NCBI GenBank assembly: GCA_051294375.1
Contig: CM119267.1
Span: forward strand, 12,347,081 to 12,411,080
Origin: Paraspadella gotoi
Lineage: Eukaryota; Animalia; Chaetognatha
Direction: 5' to 3'
DNA: 64,000 nucleotides
The notes beneath the pieces are model-generated. The model worked only from the letters and a program-made list of their open reading frames with translations, was not told the origin of the DNA and did not search any database. This document shows positions 25,317 through 39,360 of this stretch, piece by piece. Each line of letters opens with the position of its first letter. Positions within the stretch are counted from its first letter, which is position 1. The translations under genes were made by a program, and so were the position numbers.

Positions 25317-28300
25317 GTTCTCGTCTTCTTAAGCGAATGATAAGAAAATTCGGAGATAATTAACGGTTAGACCTCGATGTCAGGATCTTGATGGCAGATC
25401 CCGATCGCTGAGTGCTTTTGCTTTGGCTTTGAAGACTAAGCTACCCGAGATAAATTTGAGAGAGAGAGATGTTGATATTAATCTCTCTCTCAACGAGAGA
25501 GGGAGAGAAAGAGGGAGAGAGAGAGAGAGAGAGAGAGAAATAATCAGCGTTTAAATCGTTTAAAACGTTTTCGAGTTACGCTGTCCGAATATCGTTTGGC
25601 AACGAATTCCAAACCATCCCGCTCAGTTGACAACCCTTCACTTTCCACCTCCCCGTCCACCTCCCCCGGCGCCGTTTCCGCCTCCCACGCCGTCCACTTC
25701 CGCCTCCACGCCCGCGCGTCGACCCACTTCCGGTCAACCTTGTTCCGCGTCGTCGACGCCATTAGCATTGCGCGTGCGTGAGGTTTTGGTGAGGTAGTAA
25801 GATTAGGGGGGGGTGGATGAGAACGGGAATGCGATCGTCAAGTGAGTTTAAAGAAATACTAATATGCGAAAGAGAGAGAGAGAGCGAGAGAGAGAGAGAG
25901 AGAGAGANNNNNNNNNNNNNNNNNNNNNNNNNTCTACTGCGTAATTGTAAAATTTATTTATAAATTTTTTTGTATTACATAATGTCATTAACTATAATTT
26001 GTTTCGTTCTCTCTACTTTTAGAATTTTAATTAAAAGTTAAATAAAATTTAGCAAATTTTACTAATTTTACAAAATTCAAATATGCTTTTTTGTTAAATC
26101 AATTCTGACGAATCTGAATTCAGATTCCTCGTAAAAAGTTGATCATAAAAGAAGAATATAAAACTTCTTTTTTTTCAAAAATTATGTTCGTTAAGTAGTT
26201 TAAAATTTACAAAAAAATATGTGGAAGCTGCCAATGAAAATCAGCCGTTCTTAAAATATAGTTTTTTACATTTTTGACGCAACTTAAATGAATAATTTTT
26301 TAAAAAGGAAATACTTGTCTTTTTTATATCAACTTTTTGCAAGAATCTAATAACGTCAGAAAGATTTAAAATTGCAGTTTGAAATTTAACCTATATATAC
26401 TTATTACTATATATAAATATGCTCACTGGTGCCCACTAAATGTATAAAAATCAAAAAAGTTTAAATTTCCAAAATATTTTTATTGGTGTTTATTTTTCAA
26501 TTTTTTTAAATTATCTATCACTCTAATCCACTACCCGATTTGGATACGAATCTTCCTCTTCCCATCGCCGTAATAGCGCACTGCATAACGCTGATTGTGA
26601 AATCTTTTTTATGATTCTTCAATTTGCCTCTTAATTTTTTTTTAAAAAAAAATTCCCTCTACATTGAGAAATAGACAAGTTGACAGTCCTCGAGTACTCT
26701 CTCTCTCGTCATAACTTTCTTTCTCTCTCTCTCTCTCTCTCGCTCTCTCTCTCTCTTTCACTCTCTCTCTCTCTCTTCTTTCTCTCTCTCACACTTCACG
26801 AACCCCTGGGGCTGAAAAACCTTTCTCTTCTCCACCGTTGCCGCGGTCGGCCTGAGGGATTCGCGCGATGAGAGGTGGAGCCCGAAGAGTTTTGAGAATC
26901 ACATGTCGTCGCGTTGCGACATTATTGTCGTCGGTCATTGCATTTGATTCATCGTCGTGTCGTTAAAACAATTTATATAGTATATAAATCCTATATATAG
27001 ACGTTTTGATAGCGTCCATTGTTGTTTAGATTACCGTAATAAATTCCTCGTTTGTCTTCACATCGTCTCTTCGTTATATATCATGGTGGTTAGCACCATA
27101 GATCGTCGTCATCGTCGACGTTCGTTAATTATCCGTGCGTGGTTGCTCAGTCACTGTTGCAGCGTTCATTCGTTTGTCACAGATTTCCAAGTCAAATTCC
27201 TATGACGCGAATGATTAAAAAATAATCTTAAAAATATATTGATCTCGCCAGGACGTACATATCAAAGAAAATTAATGAAAAAATCTGGAGAGCTTGCAGA
27301 GCTGAAACTCGTTTTTAACATTGAATCAGCAAGAGGCAGCAACCTGACAAAAAAGAAAAAGAGGAAGAGATATAATTTAAAAATAAATAAAGAAGACAAA
27401 AATATATTATAATTGTTTATAATTGGAAATTGTTAAAATATTTTTCAATTGGAAGTTATAAAAGTCTGTATTTTTTATTTGTATTTAATCTTCATCATCC
27501 TTATCAAGATCTTAAAATCATATGTTTCATATTGATTCAATTGATTTCTATTTGAATTCTTTCTTAAATTAAGTATTATATTCAATTTGCATATTGGCAA
27601 GTACTATATTCTAATTTGCATTATTGAGTAATACTACATTCTAATTTGCATATTGCAGTAAATTTATAATAAGTGAAATTCAAACAAAAATACTTGAATC
27701 AATATGAAACAAAAAAATGGATATATATTTAAACTGCCTTACTGCCTTACTAATGAAACTTTTATAAAATCTATCATAGTAGTTTTTATTCTAAATAAAA
27801 AAAAATTTTAAGGCCCCAGTTAAACAATTATATAAAAGAAAAAAAAGGAAGATGCAGACAACGATAATGACAATGATTGATAACGACGACGATGACGACG
27901 ATGGTTGACAACGACGTCACAAAAAAGCTTAAGCCCGTCTGGCGAACGATAATAATATATAATCTGATAAACTTATCTATTATTAAAATAATAAATCTAA
28001 ATGATTAATCGAAAGGAGAAAGAACGGACCATGTCTAGCCTTTTTTTTGGCTTCTGTTCTAATTCTTATAACGAAAGACAAAAAATCTGGAAAAGCGACG
28101 GGCTGAAAATCTGGAGATAAAACGACGAATCGAGAGAGAGAAAAAAGAAAAAGAAATAAAAATAAGAAGAGGCAGCCGGAAATGGATATTTGGTGACCAT
28201 GGCGACGATCGTGGAGATGAGCCGGCGCGTGTTGACTTCGATGAAGATAGGATGAGTTGGGATGAGTCTGTTTATTTTTTTATATGAGGATAAGGTGAGA

Positions 28301-28469
28301 ATGAGGACGATACATCTAATAGGCAAATTGAGAATTACGAACAACTCAGTGTTGATTAAAAAATTGGTGAGTCTCGTCTCTATTTTTTAAAAGGAACAAA
28401 TTTCAATTAGTTCGCTTCCGGTTGTGCTGTGTGATTGGCCTATTTGTTTGGCACGGCCGTCAGGTCCTA

Positions 28470-28840
28470 TCCTCTTCCTGGACGGTGGAGAGGAGCCTGC
28501 AATAGAGAGTACTTTGGACAGCCCCTTGCGTGGCCACTGTCCACAGGCCCTTGCACGTCCGTGGCCGGTACGCGACCATTTTCTCGAAAGCCACAGAGGG
28601 TAAACCATTGATCGCTAAAGGCTCTCCTTACATGCTTACGAGCTCGGCTGCTTTTTAGCCTCAGTAGTTGATGGAATCAGTTCGGCTCTTCTTGCGTAAG
28701 AGAGTTGATGCGTTTGCCAACTTGTTGCGAGAAGGGAGCATTGGAATTCAAAGCGGTTAATCAAATCAGTGTGAGTTGGCTTTCTGTAAACAGAAAATTC
28801 AAGGCAACCAGTCATTAATTACCCTGCGTGGTAATAGTGA
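28470..28840 (-). mobile_element. Penelope-like RT remnant (copy D)
   Basis: Indel-rich duplicate of 11954-12300. Confidence 0.75.
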
Positions 28841-31800
28841 GGAGGCCCAAGCGCCTTGGGGGGCATGGGCAGAACCCTCAAAGCTTTGGTTCAGCCCAGG
28901 AAGTACCGTTCCATGCGCTTGCTAAAGGGGTTATAGAAGTTACGGACAGTCATCTTCAGCCTACGTAGCGCGTCTTATCCACAGGTGAGACGCCAATCTC
29001 AGAGTTTTTTCAAGTCCACTTATTAATAAACAATTATAATTAAAATAAAAATCGATCCCCTTGTTTCATGTTTATTACTTTGATTAATGTTTATTTACAT
29101 TGATTACTGTAGTGTTACTATTTTCTTTATTATTGTTTTGTACATATAGATATTCTAGATGCTTGCTGGCTTACACATTCTTTGAGTACAGAACAAACAA
29201 GCTTTGTTCCTTAATCATCAACCTACGACGCCGACATTTCGCAACGTCTCTGATCAATTGGGCGCCGAGGCGCGTGAGCAAATTCGACTTCCGGACTATT
29301 GCACTCGTGAGTCAGATTGGCGACTCACCCCTCGCTGCTTCTGTTGGAATGAGAAGAAGAATGATGGGATCGAATCCTTCCAAACTCTCTATTGAGCTCT
29401 TTTCTTTACCTTATTTTTCACATATCTACCCCTCATTTTTTCACTTTTCATTTTTCAATTTTTTAAATATTTATTTTAGTTTTAAATTTAATTAAAAACT
29501 AATTAGGCTACTGATTCGGACTTGATTTCTTACCCCCCTAATTGACCTCCCCACACGCATGATTGTTTTTACAAAATAGTTTTATTTTTTTTATAGAAGA
29601 AGAATCGTTAAGGATTTTTCTATGTAGTTTTGCGATGTTCACAAAAACATTTAGTATGGAAGCAACGAAAATCAAGAGTCATGTTTGCTTCGCGCCCAAA
29701 TAGTTAAAAAATTACAACTAATTAAAATAATTTGACTCCTGCAAAAGTTACAATGATCAACCTAATGGGTTCTTTATGGTGTATTGAGAGAAGTACTGTT
29801 TAGGATTTCTCATATAAAATCTAATTTCTAGCATAGAATTGGGTTGTACCAATTTCATAAACTAAAGTTGATATTAACAAGCAATATCAATCAGTTAGTA
29901 CTTTAAAACTTATATTTTCAAAGAAAATTGAAGCTGCCAGTATGCTTGCCAGTAACATTGAACTACCATACAATTACGGGGTTAGGTTCGCTGACTTTAA
30001 ACCATCGATCAATGTTATTTATTCAGCATAATATACTATGTTACTAATATAGAGTAAGTTTTCCTTAATATTTTCTTCCGAATTTTGGCCTTCAGGGCTA
30101 TGCCCCATATTTTAATAAAGTATCTAAATGACTAAATTAATTTTGGATATCGCAGTATGGGGAATTAAATGTAACACTGAAACAGTACTTGTAACCGGGA
30201 ATTAACATCAATTCTTCGCACCCATTATTGAATACCACAGTGGTATAACACAGTGGGTACCAAGAATGTAAGACTTTTGACATTGTCTATACATCTTTTG
30301 GAAGGGTCTAAGGAAGGGCTCATACTTCATAAATGAGTACATGACATTGAGCTAAACATAAAGTAAACAATGACCAATTAAATAATTTGTTAAAACTAAA
30401 TTTTTCAGATATATATCGTTAAGCACAAATTATCGATGGGGATTAGTAAATTTTCCTATGGGGGGCAAGTTTAATCCGAACCCCTGTAATGGTTATCTTC
30501 ACAGTTTACTTTTATTAATGTAATTAATTACCAAATTATAACTCAAATATCTGATGAATTTCATTTCTCTTTCACTCCCCTCACTCTATTGTTTTCATCT
30601 TAATCTGTCCTTCAAACTAGCCTGTCCCTTTTCAAATTCTTTGTTGGAAACCTTTATCTCTCTCATTTAATCGCGCTGAAGTAAGGACTTACAAATAAGT
30701 CGAAACCTGTAAGTGTTATTTGTTTCTATTTTAAAAATCGTTGTTTGTAAACTAATTCACAACGCAACGAAAGAGAACCTTCGCACAATGTCTACAAACT
30801 TTACGAACAATTTTGTCCATAATTCGTTGGTATTTATAAAATTTTTTTAAGGGAAAGAAAAGGTGCCAGGCTATCTTGAAATAAAACCTTTTTGTGAAAA
30901 CTGAAAATAAAAAAAATATTCAAATGTATTTCTTGCCTTGCTAGAGAGATAGGAAAAAAATTAACTAATTTCGTAATTTTAAAATAAAAAATCTATTAAT
31001 TAAAATTTGACGTTACTTATTTCTTACTTTAACTTACTTTCTTATTAAATATAAATGGCCAAGTCTTGCCAAAATTATTAATCTAAAAAGGACTAAAATA
31101 AAAAGTATTTTATATTTTTTAAGATCATTATCTTCAAAAACTTGAAAAAAAAAAAGAGCTGAAATACAGTCTCGCCTTATCCAAAAATAAAATCGTCTTC
31201 CGAAGTTGAAACCTACTTAATCTTTTTCGCCGCCGCAAAAATCTATTGGTTTCCATCTTCGTCATATTTCCGTTTCCAACGACTCCCCACGCGCCCCCCT
31301 CCAGATTTTCCCTCCTACTCGCCAACACCAACGCCATCACGTAAGCAACGACCGTAAAATCGTTTGAGACGCGGAGAATTCGTCGCGTTGTCGTGTTTGT
31401 TGTTGTGTGTTGTTGTTGCGTGGGTCCAGTCGTCACTTTTCCGTCGATCGATGGATGGAAAGCAGAGAGTGAGAGAGAGAGAGAGATGCAGAGAAGAGAG
31501 AGAGAGGAGAGAGTGAGAGGAGAGAGAGAGGAGCAGAGAGAGAGAGAGAGTGGATAATTGTAATTCTCTCGCATCAAAATTTTGACGACAAAAACCTTAA
31601 CGACTAAATTTTTGGAATAAAATGAAATAAAATCAGTTATTTAATTTATAAAATATGCCTGACTGATATAATAAAAATTAAGCTTGAAACATTTAGAAGC
31701 GAAAACATGGGGTAAAATTAATTTGACGGAAAGCGTGAAAAAAATCGCATCTTCGCGGCGTTAAACAATGATTTTCCCCATAATTTTTTTTCTCTCATTC

Positions 31801-32521
31801 GGGCTTTGATTTTTTAGACGGAATCTCGGGTCGATGGCGCGCGTGAACCGTTTTCACGTTTCGCGGCCGCTTGCCGTGAATCAAAGTGAGACTGAGAGAG
31901 AGAGAGAGATGCAGAGAGAGAGAGAGAGAGAGAGAAAGAGGCGTTTAAATCCCGGTATTTAGTAATATGATACTACACCGCTCGTAATTTTAATACTTCT
32001 GAAGAATGATTTTTTTTGTTGCGGCCTAATTTCCGACTAATTTTTTCCTTCGATTTCTCGCTTAATTCATAAGAAAAAACGGCACAGGTCCGAAGAAGGA
32101 AAAACCGTCTCGGCGAATTTATGCTCCGGGGCGTGCGTCTGTCGCCGTTCCAGGGTGGCATTGACGTCGTCAACGGCGCGAATGGTAATGTCGTCAGTGC
32201 CGAGGAACGTCTAATTGACCTTTGGCCGAGGTCGAGATGGATTTAATTATAAAATAATTTGCCATATGAATTATGAATGAATTGCCGTTACAAATTCGAT
32301 TGTAACTGCTGAATTAAGAAATTTATGTTAATAAATTAGACTGAAGACTGTTTATTAAAAAGCTTGCGAGACTTCTTATGAGAAATTGGTACAAACGATA
32401 TTATAATATCCATTCATTTAATAAGTAAGCTATTCTTGCCCCTGACTTGGGACAGGCTTTGGTAGTTTAAGGCCTCCATCACCTTACAAAGATAATGACA
32501 TAGCAAGTCAATCAGTTTTAA

Positions 32522-32565
32522 AGCACTGATGATGAACGAAAATATACGTTCGAAACATGTCTGCT
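32522..32565 (+). ncRNA. Minimal hammerhead motif (duplicate of 21474-21516)
   Basis: AGCA-CTGATGA-T-GAACG-AAAATATA-CGTTC-GAAA-CATG-TC-TGCT. Confidence 0.8.
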
Positions 32566-33799
32566 ACTATACAAATAAAGAATCGTTTTGAAGAACTAAA
32601 AAAAAAAAAAATTTGTATTTCGTCTAATGTATATTGGTGGTACAAATTTCACCCAGAACTAACAGTTATTAGCTCCCTCGCTCTCACGATTCTCATTCTC
32701 GCTTTTAACGTTTTGTTAATTTGTTCTCGCTTTATTTTAAAATTGCTTTGACAATTACATTGCGCAAATGTTTCTACCGTGACGTCGTTCCGCCACGGTT
32801 GTTTGTTTCACGACGCATCGGACCGACTGTGAGTCTGTGAGAGTCGCGTGTCGAGGCTCACAGAAGGCGGAAGCCGGAAGGCGAAGGAGAAACGAACTTG
32901 AAAGGCGAAATGCGGTGAAGTGAAAGGCTAAGGAACGATGGGTGTGAGGAAGAGGAACGACGGGAAAGTGAAAGGCAAAAAGCAAAGGGAAGGGCCGGAG
33001 GGGGGGATCAGAAACGGAAATGAGGAAAAGTGAAAAGCCAAAAGGGAATCCCGCGTGAAGAGAAATATGAAGGGAAGGGGTGAGATGTGAAAGACGTTAA
33101 AGACGAAGGAACAGGGGCGTGAAAAAGTGTAAAGAGATGAAAGGCGATATGGGAGGGGGGGTGAAAAGTGAACCGTGGAAACTGAAAGATTGAGGGGTCG
33201 GAGCGGCATGAATATAGAATGCCAATTGATAAAAATTAATAATGAATAGAAAAAGAAAGTGTTTAAAATGGCATAGCCACAGCCTGTCCATTAAAGGCGT
33301 AGAAAATTTCAAAATTTAACTTTAATTAAATTCTAAAAGTGAGGAACGAACAAAATTATACTAATGAACATTTATGTTAATAAAAAAACTTTAATAAATT
33401 TTACAATTTACGCAGTTAGGCCATATTTTACTAGTACTAAACAATAAATTGTTAAAAATTTTAAAACTGTTTTTTTTAAAGATTTTTTTGCCAGATTTGG
33501 ATTCGTCATAAAAAGTTGGTAATAAAAGAAATATAACTCTTTTTGAAAAATCCTTCATTAATTGGAGTCAAAAATTAGGAATAAGCTATATTTTGAAGGC
33601 TGAAAATTAACTTTTTATAATATTTAAAATATAGTTTTTTTTAAATTTTTTAACACCACTTAATTAAAGAATTTTTTAAAAATGATTTATATTATACTTT
33701 TTTGACGAGGGAATTTCAAATCTGCAATCAAAATTAAAAAAAGCCTATTTTTGAAATTTTTCATTTGTATAAGGATTAGTACTATATAGTAAATATAGC

Positions 33800-34940
33800 A
33801 CTCAACCGAACTTATATATCACATGGGTGTGATTGTCTCGGAGTTTTACATAGCGAGACCAGACTAGATGATCAATTCAGTGCGTATACGCACCATCCGC
33901 ACTCTGCGCTCTCCTGCATACATCGCACGTCATTAACATAGCATGTGAATGTAACCTACATGTCACAACTCGAATCCAGTACCTTGACTTCTAGTGCCTG
34001 ACTCGCGCTTAGCCATGGTGCGGCAGTCGCGCCGATCACTCATTGCTGTCAGATACAAAGTTTATATGCTATCTGTCATCCGATACAGTCACGTAATACG
34101 CAAGGTCAACCTTAGTAATCTCTCACTACGCTTACTGTCCATTTATCCAACTATCCACGAAGACAGCCTGACTTCAACACGCCCAGCGTCGTTCACTCAA
34201 TCGCGGTGGGCTCCGTATTATGAGGCGTACTCATCTTCAACAGATCACTCTAGTCGAAGCTAACTGATATCACATTATACACTTCTAAGATCCTATCGTC
34301 GCTGATAAGCTTGATCCCCACCTGGCAACGTATATAGCTCATCTGTGTGATAAATCATGCTCCCTTATCGATAAGTTCAGTCACATGATCTAGTGCGACA
34401 TAGCTAGCTTGCACTAGTACGCGATCCTCACTCCATAACTACGTACATCAAACCAGCGCTGCTCCTCCACTGATCCAATAAGAAGCATAGCGTTAAAGCT
34501 CGATTCACTCAGAATCGAACCAGCGTACGTCATGAAAAGTACCAGAACCGATATCTGCTCACCCCACAAACGAGCATCCAACATACGACAAGTACGTACG
34601 TTGAGCTACACGAAGTATCATCATTGAACACTAACAGACATATCGACTATCCGTATAAGTCACGAAACGCCAGAAATCCCTGCACTCTTATAGTATATCA
34701 TTCGCAGGCATGCATCTTCAAATCAGCATGCATGCGTCATCGATAGGATCGCGCGCTAAGACGCATCATGCCAGACGCGTGACGATAAAGCACAAGAACA
34801 CTCGTGACCCTCGAATCGAACCTGCGCCGATCGACGTGGGCTCTATATTGACAGCGTCGTACTATGTACTGCAAAGAATGAAGCTAATACTCACTATATA
34901 GCTCAGAACTGCACAAGCGCGCGTGGTCTGGCATGGTAAT
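33800..34940. other. Probable low-quality raw long-read sequence
   Basis: Random-looking, balanced-composition stretch replacing about 300 bp of copy C, with an island of the expected sequence (ACTACGCTTACTGTCCATTT) at about 34125. Confidence 0.75.
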
Positions 34941-37384
34941 GGCAGCAAAACAATGTCGGATGCTGCCTCACTGATAATTTAACGGTAATTAAATTAATTA
35001 ATTATTAAATAATTAAGTTAATTTCAACCTTATTCTACGTGAACACATTAATGACAGCTGGTGTGTCTCATAGACCACTTAGTATATATACCTGTCAGAG
35101 TGTTAATTAGGCAATTGATTCTGAAATGTTGTTTTGATTGATTAATTGGACTGATTTAATAAATTACGAATTGATTAATATAACTGCATTTAATATTTGA
35201 TTAATTAATACATTTTGCATTGCCATTTAAATAAAAAGAAAAAGAAGCATAAATCAATTAGTGAAACAGGGTTCTTTGTTTTTTTCCATTTAAACTCATT
35301 TCCCTCAAAACGATTTTCCATCGAAACTTAATTTCCAGTTTAATCACGCACTTTTCTACCCCAATACCAAAATTTCAAGTCAATTCCCCCATCCACTCAA
35401 TGAGTAATTGCGTGTTCAAATAGTTGAAATATATTTTTGTTTTTTCCAATTAAAACTTATTTCATATCCAGCTCAATTCACACCCACTGCCTTCCCCCAC
35501 ACGACAAATTTCAATTCCAATCCACACCAACCAATCACGAGTAATTGGTATGTTTTTGCTAAGGTGGGAACGGATGGACGGACAGACAGACGGATCACGG
35601 ACGGACGGACGAAGGACGAACGGAGGGACAGACTGACGACAGTTTGGACGGACGGACGGACATCATTAGTTTTGCGATAATTTATTATTAATTCAATGTT
35701 CATGACATGATATAAAGTGATGCCCGACAAGATTGAGGGGGGCGGACGACGGGACCGAACAAAGTCAATTATAGAGTCGGCGATTTGCTGTAAGCAGATC
35801 CGACTAATAAAAGACCAGTGGCTGCACCAAATACATGCTTAAATCGCGTTTTCAATGGGCCTAAACTGAACTCTTCTTGCGACCACTAATAACATTTTGA
35901 TACTTGAAAAAAATATTATATTAATGAGAATAATATTTAATTTTGCTTGCCATCACTTTTTATCCGTCTTGGGCAATATTTTGTTAATAATGTTATTGTC
36001 ATCGTCGTCATCGTTGCCACGTTTTTTATAATGGAAATTTGTTAAAGTGCTGTACTTGCTTATAAAACTTAAATTTAGAATGGCTTCTCATCACCAAGAT
36101 TTTTTAAAACCGCATGTTTTATACTGATTACAAGCATTTTTTGTTAAAATCCCTACAGCAACTGTAAACATGTAACTGTAACAATACTTAAGGGAGTGGT
36201 CTTTCAACAATTGAAAATTCTTTGAAAAATTATACCACTTCATTGATAGGGAAGCCAGGTACTCTGGGAGTGAATAAACGAGAACTATGAGAAAGTACTT
36301 GATTGAAAGCTTGCAGGAACCTGCAAAGAGTGATGGAGGCCTTAAACCACCAAAGCCTGTTCAAAGTCAGGGGCAAGATAGCTTATTTATTAAATGAATG
36401 GATAATTTTATATTGGTTGTACCAATTTCATATATAAGTTAGTATATGCATCGTAAAGAAAAAAAAAGGTTTTTGCAAATTTTATGTTCGCGCTCCTCTG
36501 CCTCTCTCATCTCTCTCTCTCTCTCTTCAGTCTCTCTCTCTGCTTCTCTCTGCATTTCTCTCTCTCTCTCTATCTCCTCTCTCTGCTCTCTCCTCCTCTC
36601 TATCTCTCTCTCTCTCTCTCTCTCTGCGCCAGGTCTATTATTAATACTACAACAGAAACTTGACTTTTTTCTTAACATTTTCAACTAGCCATGGCGAAAT
36701 TGTTATTTTTTTATGAATATGAATTTTATGAATTTAGAATATAAAACCCGGAAGAGGCCGTAGAATCACGATTCTCTGGAAATTGTCCGAGAGCGAGGAA
36801 AAAGAAAAGCGAATGAAAAAAAGGAGGGTGGAGAGGTAAACAGTGTGGTTTAATATTTACATCCGGGACAGCATGAGTTTGTTAGCGACGCGAGACGAAG
36901 CATTCGAGTTTAACGAAACTCCGGTCCGATTCTCACTGATTTTTTGACGGAATTCGACCGAAAATTCAGTCCAAAAATTTAGCAATATTTGAAACGATTT
37001 GTGAGTTAATTTATCATGATGAAACATCAAAGAATTTATAACTTGCATCCTAATTTCTTGATTGGTTTTTATTTGATAGATCTAATAATTATTAGTTAAT
37101 AATTAACGATTAAGAATGGAGATTGATTTTCTGTTAGATTGTATCATTGATCTGCCGATAACTAGATTGATATGGTTAAACATTAGTAAAGTAAATGAAA
37201 TAAAAAATTTTCTCGAAGACATCTTCATTGGCGCAACGATTTTTTTTTTTAAAAACCGGAGACAATTGACACGAGGAAAGAAAGAGATCAAACGATTTAA
37301 GCGAAAAATAAAAAAAAAACAAAACCTCTGGAGACGCTTCGAGTTTAATTGGTTGAGGCGAGAGATCTGACGCTAATTAAATCT

Positions 37385-37449
<65 letters not shown>

Positions 37450-37672
37450 TCTCCTCGAGTCTCTTTTGGTTCTCGTCTTCTTAAGCGAATGATAAGAACT
37501 AAATTCGGAGATAATTAACGTTAACCTCGAGTCAGAGGATCTGATGGCAGATCCGATCGCTGAGTGCTTTTGCTTTGGCTTGAAGACTAAGCTACCCGGA
37601 GATAAATGAGGAAGAGATGTTTGAATATTTTAAAAATTTTTTTCTTCCTTTCTTTCTTTTTTTCCAAAAACG

Positions 37673-37703
<31 letters not shown>

Positions 37704-38149
37704 GATAATAATCAGCGATTTAAATCGTTAAAACGTTTCGGAGTTACGCTGTTCCGCAATATCGTTTGGCAACGAATTTCCAAACCATCCCGCTCAGTTG
37801 CAACCCTTCACTTTCCACCTCCCCGTCAGCACTCCCCCGGCGCCGTTTCCTCCTCCCACGCCGTCCACTTCGCCTCCACGCCGCGCGTCGACCCACTTCC
37901 GTCAACTCTTGTTCCGCTCGTCGACGCCATAGCATGCGCCGTCAGTGAGGTTTTGGTGAGGGTAGTAAGGATTAGGGGGGGGGATGAGAACGGGGAATGC
38001 GTCGTCCAAGTGAGTTTAAAGAAATACTAATATGCGAAAAGAAGAGAGAGCGAGAGAGAGAGGATTGACGAGAGACGAAGAGGATGAGAGAGAGAGAGTG
38101 AGAGAGAGAGAGAGAAGAGATAGAGAGAAGAGAGAGAAAGTTAGAGACA

Positions 38150-38192
<43 letters not shown>

Positions 38193-38710
38193 GGAAAGAG
38201 TCGGAAATTCGTCAGAAGACGGAAGTCGGACGGAGTACCGAGCGTCGAAACGATGAGGGCGGAATGTGCAAGGGTGGCAACGACGACGACGACGACGATT
38301 CGCATGACATATGCTTGGGGTTCTCGAGGGAATACCGGTCGGTAACGAATGTCGAAATCTCGGACTCGAAACGGAGAAAAACTTTCTTCGAGGCGCAAGG
38401 CGTTTAGAGTGAGTTGAGGAGCCCGGTTTGCGGTAAAAAAGATGCAGCAATTTTCAGCAAAACTTTACAATATTTATTGGCAGAATTTAAAATGAGAGAT
38501 GACGGGAGAGACAAGAGTCAATTTCACAATAGAATAGTTTACCTACAGCTTAGGCTCACTATCTGAGTCTTTATTTTTTCTTCGTCAACTCTTTCTGACC
38601 ACTAACTTTATAGTTAAATTTTGAAATCGCCTGTTTAAGTGTCATGTTTAGACTGGTTTCCCGTCATATTGTAGCGGTAGTATTTCATAACCTGCTACTC
38701 GTCCGAGAAT

Positions 38711-38930
38711 CAGCAGCACCTATGGCGCCGGAGGTAGTACGAGCTCCTCCCAAGTCCCAACCCAAAGGACTCGGGTTCGCGCCCTGCTGATTCACACAAG
38801 TAAAAGCGGGACGGGGCGTCTAACCCACCTGTAGTTACGGACTACAGCCCGATCCGAAGTTCGGGACCTTGTGTGCAACGGACGGTAAACTGATCGCGAA
38901 AAAAAAAAAATTAAAAATAAAAAAATAAAA
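38711..38930 (+). mobile_element. tRNA-derived SINE carrying a twister-like ribozyme
   Basis: Box A-like TGGCGCCGGAGG (38723-34), box B-like GGGTTCGCGCCC (38773-84), A-rich tail 38899-38930, GTCCGA at both flanks (38701 and 38931); homolog at 44290. Confidence 0.7.
38793..38875 (+). ncRNA. Twister ribozyme-like motif, type P5 permutation
   Basis: P5 CACACAAG/CTTGTGTG; TAAAA; GCGG; GACGG; GGCGTC; TAA; CCC; AC; P3 CTGTAG/CTACAG; P4 CCCGA/TCGGG with loop TCCGAAGT. Both pseudoknots can pair. Confidence 0.7.
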
Positions 38931-39045
38931 GTCCGAATTTGCGATAGCAAAATGATAACATGCACAAATGCGATGCCTGATTTTACGAGTTCAATCCTAT
39001 TTCTATTTTTTTTTAAATAAAAACGCAGAGAGAAAGAGAGAAAAA

Positions 39046-39205
39046 AGAAAGAAATCAAAAGGCAGCAGCAGAATCAGCAGGAGAAAAGAGAGAAAAAGAA
39101 AGAGCCCCTGCAGAGCCAGCTGCAAAGAAAGAAATCCAAAAGGCAGCAGCAGAAGCAGCAGGAGAAAAAAGAGAAAAAGAATAAGCCCCTGCAGAGCCAG
39201 CTGCA
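39046..39205 (+). repeat. 81-bp direct repeat, two copies
   Basis: GGCAGCAGCAGAA...GCCCCTGCAGAGCCAGCTGCA at 39061 and 39142. Confidence 0.85.
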
Positions 39206-39360
39206 GACTCGTTTTTTTCCCCTATGATTATGAATCAGTGAATAGGGAAAAGAGAGAGGGAGAGAGACATGTAATTAAAAGAGAAAAGAGAGAGAGAGAG
39301 AAAAATGAAAATAAAAGAGAGAAAATTTGTTTGTCTTGATAAAACGTAAACAAAACATAT

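Larger units (their letters stand above)
14841..25907 (+). repeat. Duplicated block, copy C (about 11.1 kb)
   Basis: Starts TCTACTGCGT right after a 25-N gap and is colinear with 25933-38060. Confidence 0.95.
25933..38060 (+). repeat. Duplicated block, copy D
   Basis: Starts TCTACTGCGT after a 25-N gap; colinear with copy C apart from scattered indels and a noisy insert. Confidence 0.95.
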
